The notes under the pieces are model-generated. The model had not been told where the DNA came from and did no database searches. It saw only the letters and a list, made by a program, of their open reading frames with translations. A stretch of 64,000 nt of DNA, taken from Acidimicrobiia bacterium. GTDB lineage: Bacteria; Actinomycetota; Acidimicrobiia; Spongiisociales; ZC4RG35. The DNA is taken from contig DATKCE010000053.1 of the NCBI GenBank assembly GCA_035513335.1, forward strand, positions 25,793 to 89,792. Direction: 5' to 3'. The stretch's first letter is position 1; every line of letters begins with the position of its first letter. Position numbers and translations under genes: made by a program. Shown in pieces: positions 62,768 through 64,000 of the stretch.

Positions 62768-63442
62768 ATGACATTGGACTTCACCGTCACCGACACCGCC
62801 GGTAGGCCATGGACTCTCTCCGACCATCTCGATGCCGGGGTGGTGCTCACCTTCCACAGAGGGGACTTCTGAAGCTATTGCCACGGCCAGTTGGCCGTCA
62901 TGGCTGACCGGCATGGGGAGCTTCTCGACCGCGGAGGCCGCGTGTTCGGGATCAGCGCAGACACCCATGCGATGAACGCGGCGGTCGTGGAGAAGCTGGC
63001 CCTCCCGTTCCCGATCCTCTCCGACCCGGACCGCGACAGGGCGATCACCCCGCTCGGGTTCGCCGATGAGAAGGACCCGCGAGAGTTAGCCCGCAACGGT
63101 GCACTCCTCATCACGCCTGACGCCGAGGTGGTCTGGTCGGTGGTGGGGCGTGATTACGCCGATCGGCCCGAAGAGGATGAGCTTCTCGACCGTCTGAGCG
63201 CGCTCGACATTCCACCGACCACTCAACCGGAGCCAGAGATCGGTGAGGCGGAGCCGGGGGAAAGGGCGATGCCACTCGACGGCCTGGCCAACTATCTCCG
63301 TGGCGCGAAGTTCGCCGCTCTTGCGGTCAGGAGCCGTCACCGTGCTCTGAGCCCGGAGTTCGCCGACGATGTCAAGAAGTACATCCAGATGGTCGACCGC
63401 TATCTCGATGCATTGACCCGCGTGGAGGAGCGCAGGGAATAA
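62768..63442 (+). CDS. Peroxiredoxin-like (AhpC/TSA-redoxin family) protein with an in-frame TGA at the redox-active Cys position: candidate selenoprotein (alternatively a nonsense pseudogene)
   Basis: A single frame from ATG 62768 gives ..VVLTFHRGDF-TGA(62870)-SYCHGQL..GISADTH..LPFPILSDPDRD.. . The ORF track reports only the truncated 62891..63442, which lacks the active site. AGGAAG SD upstream. Confidence 0.55.
62880..62904 (+). promoter_or_regulatory. SECIS-like hairpin downstream of the in-frame UGA
   Basis: GCC-ACGGCC-AGUU-GGCCGU-CAU-GGC. A 6-bp GC-rich upper stem and a GU-containing apical loop that begins 16 nt after the UGA. Confidence 0.45.
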
Positions 63443-63451
63443 CCTCGCCCC

Positions 63452-64000
63452 ATGGAGGGGCCGAAGGTCCAGTTGTTCGTCACCTGCCTGATCGATTCGC
63501 TCGCTCCCGAGGTCGGTCGGGCCACGGTGGACGCGCTCGAGAAGGCCGAGTGTGTCGTCGAGTTTCCTCCCGAGCAGGGATGTTGCGGCCAGCCTGCCTT
63601 CAACGTTGGGCTCGTCGACGATGCCCGGGTGATGGCCGCCCACACCCTCGACGTGCTCGACGCCACCGAGGGCCCGGTCGTGATCCCTTCGGGCTCATGC
63701 GCGGCGATGATCGCCCGCCATTACCAGGGCCTCTTCGACACCACCGACCGGACCGAACAGGCCGGCCGGGTCGCGTCGAGGATCCGGGAGCTGACCGCCT
63801 TCCTCGTCGATGAGCTCGAAGCCGAGGTCACCGCCTCCTGCGATGGCTGCACCATCGCCTACCACCACTCCTGTCACGGGCTGCGTGAGATGGGTCTGGA
63901 CCACCAGGCAGGTCGGCTCCTTGAGGACGTCGAGCGCGCCGACCTCGACGGGGCGCGTGACTGCTGCGGGTTCGGGGGCCTCTTCTCTGTGGAGATGCCT
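63452..64000 (+). CDS. lutA: LutA/LldE-like (Fe-S)-binding CCG-domain protein, 3'-truncated by the window end
   Basis: KVQLFVTCLIDSLAPEVGRATVDALEKAECVVEFPPEQGCCGQPAFN.. and a second CCG motif (DCCGFGG). Open to base 64000. Confidence 0.8.
   Translation, partial: MEGPKVQLFVTCLIDSLAPEVGRATVDALEKAECVVEFPPEQGCCGQPAFNVGLVDDARVMAAHTLDVLDATEGPVVIPSGSCAAMIARHYQGLFDTTDRTEQAGRVASRIRELTAFLVDELEAEVTASCDGCTIAYHHSCHGLREMGLDHQAGRLLEDVERADLDGARDCCGFGGLFSVEMP

Noticed and set aside
1-64000. tRNA, rRNA, transposase/integrase genes, prophage or defence-system genes
   Set aside because: No cloverleaf-like or rRNA-like sequence was seen in any intergenic spacer. No DDE/tyrosine-recombinase motifs and no recognisable defence-system genes were seen in the translations. 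The only mobile-like gene is the DUF222/HNH gene.

Overview
The window is a high-G+C chromosomal segment with strong GC3 bias. It looks actinobacterial: many 1-4 nt start/stop overlaps, frequent GTG/TTG starts, and Thr/Ser/Pro-rich linkers on exported proteins. I support about 75 protein-coding genes. I found no rRNA, tRNA, CRISPR array, transposase or integrase. All family assignments come from motif recognition in the supplied translations; no database search was possible.

Gene content:
- Transport: three ABC-2 type exporter operons (65-2567, 15718-19155, 38860-41400), plus MFS, NCS2, AzlCD, TauE and TerC transporters.
- Metabolism: tkt, hutU-hutG, deoD, msrA, an aldehyde dehydrogenase and class II nrdJ.
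- DNA repair: an Ogt-like protein, a stand-alone LigD-type polymerase and an ATP-dependent ligase.
- Envelope: two tandem S41 peptidases and a coiled-coil SLT transglycosylase.
- Regulators: an ECF sigma factor, ArsR and an OmpR/histidine-kinase pair.

Most interesting observations:
1. A peroxiredoxin-like gene (62768-63442) has its only frame interruption as a TGA at the redox-active Cys position. A SECIS-like hairpin follows, so it is a candidate selenoprotein.
2. An ECF sigma factor is translationally coupled to an Ogt protein carrying a C-terminal Ada-type Cys4 zinc module. It sits where an anti-sigma factor would normally be.
3. Three short repeat families are each present twice. One is a ~55-nt nested hairpin placed directly after stop codons. 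One is a 44-bp element built around the palindrome GTTGCTATAGCAAC. One is a 28-nt element that occurs once in a 3' UTR and once in-frame inside nrdJ.
4. A gene-decay patch (52.0-55.0 kb) surrounds a DUF222/HNH gene. It holds two frameshifted genes and a LuxR remnant.
5. A two-component system is bracketed by two paralogous membrane-anchored Ser/Thr-rich proteins.
6. Tandem NrdR boxes lie upstream of nrdJ.
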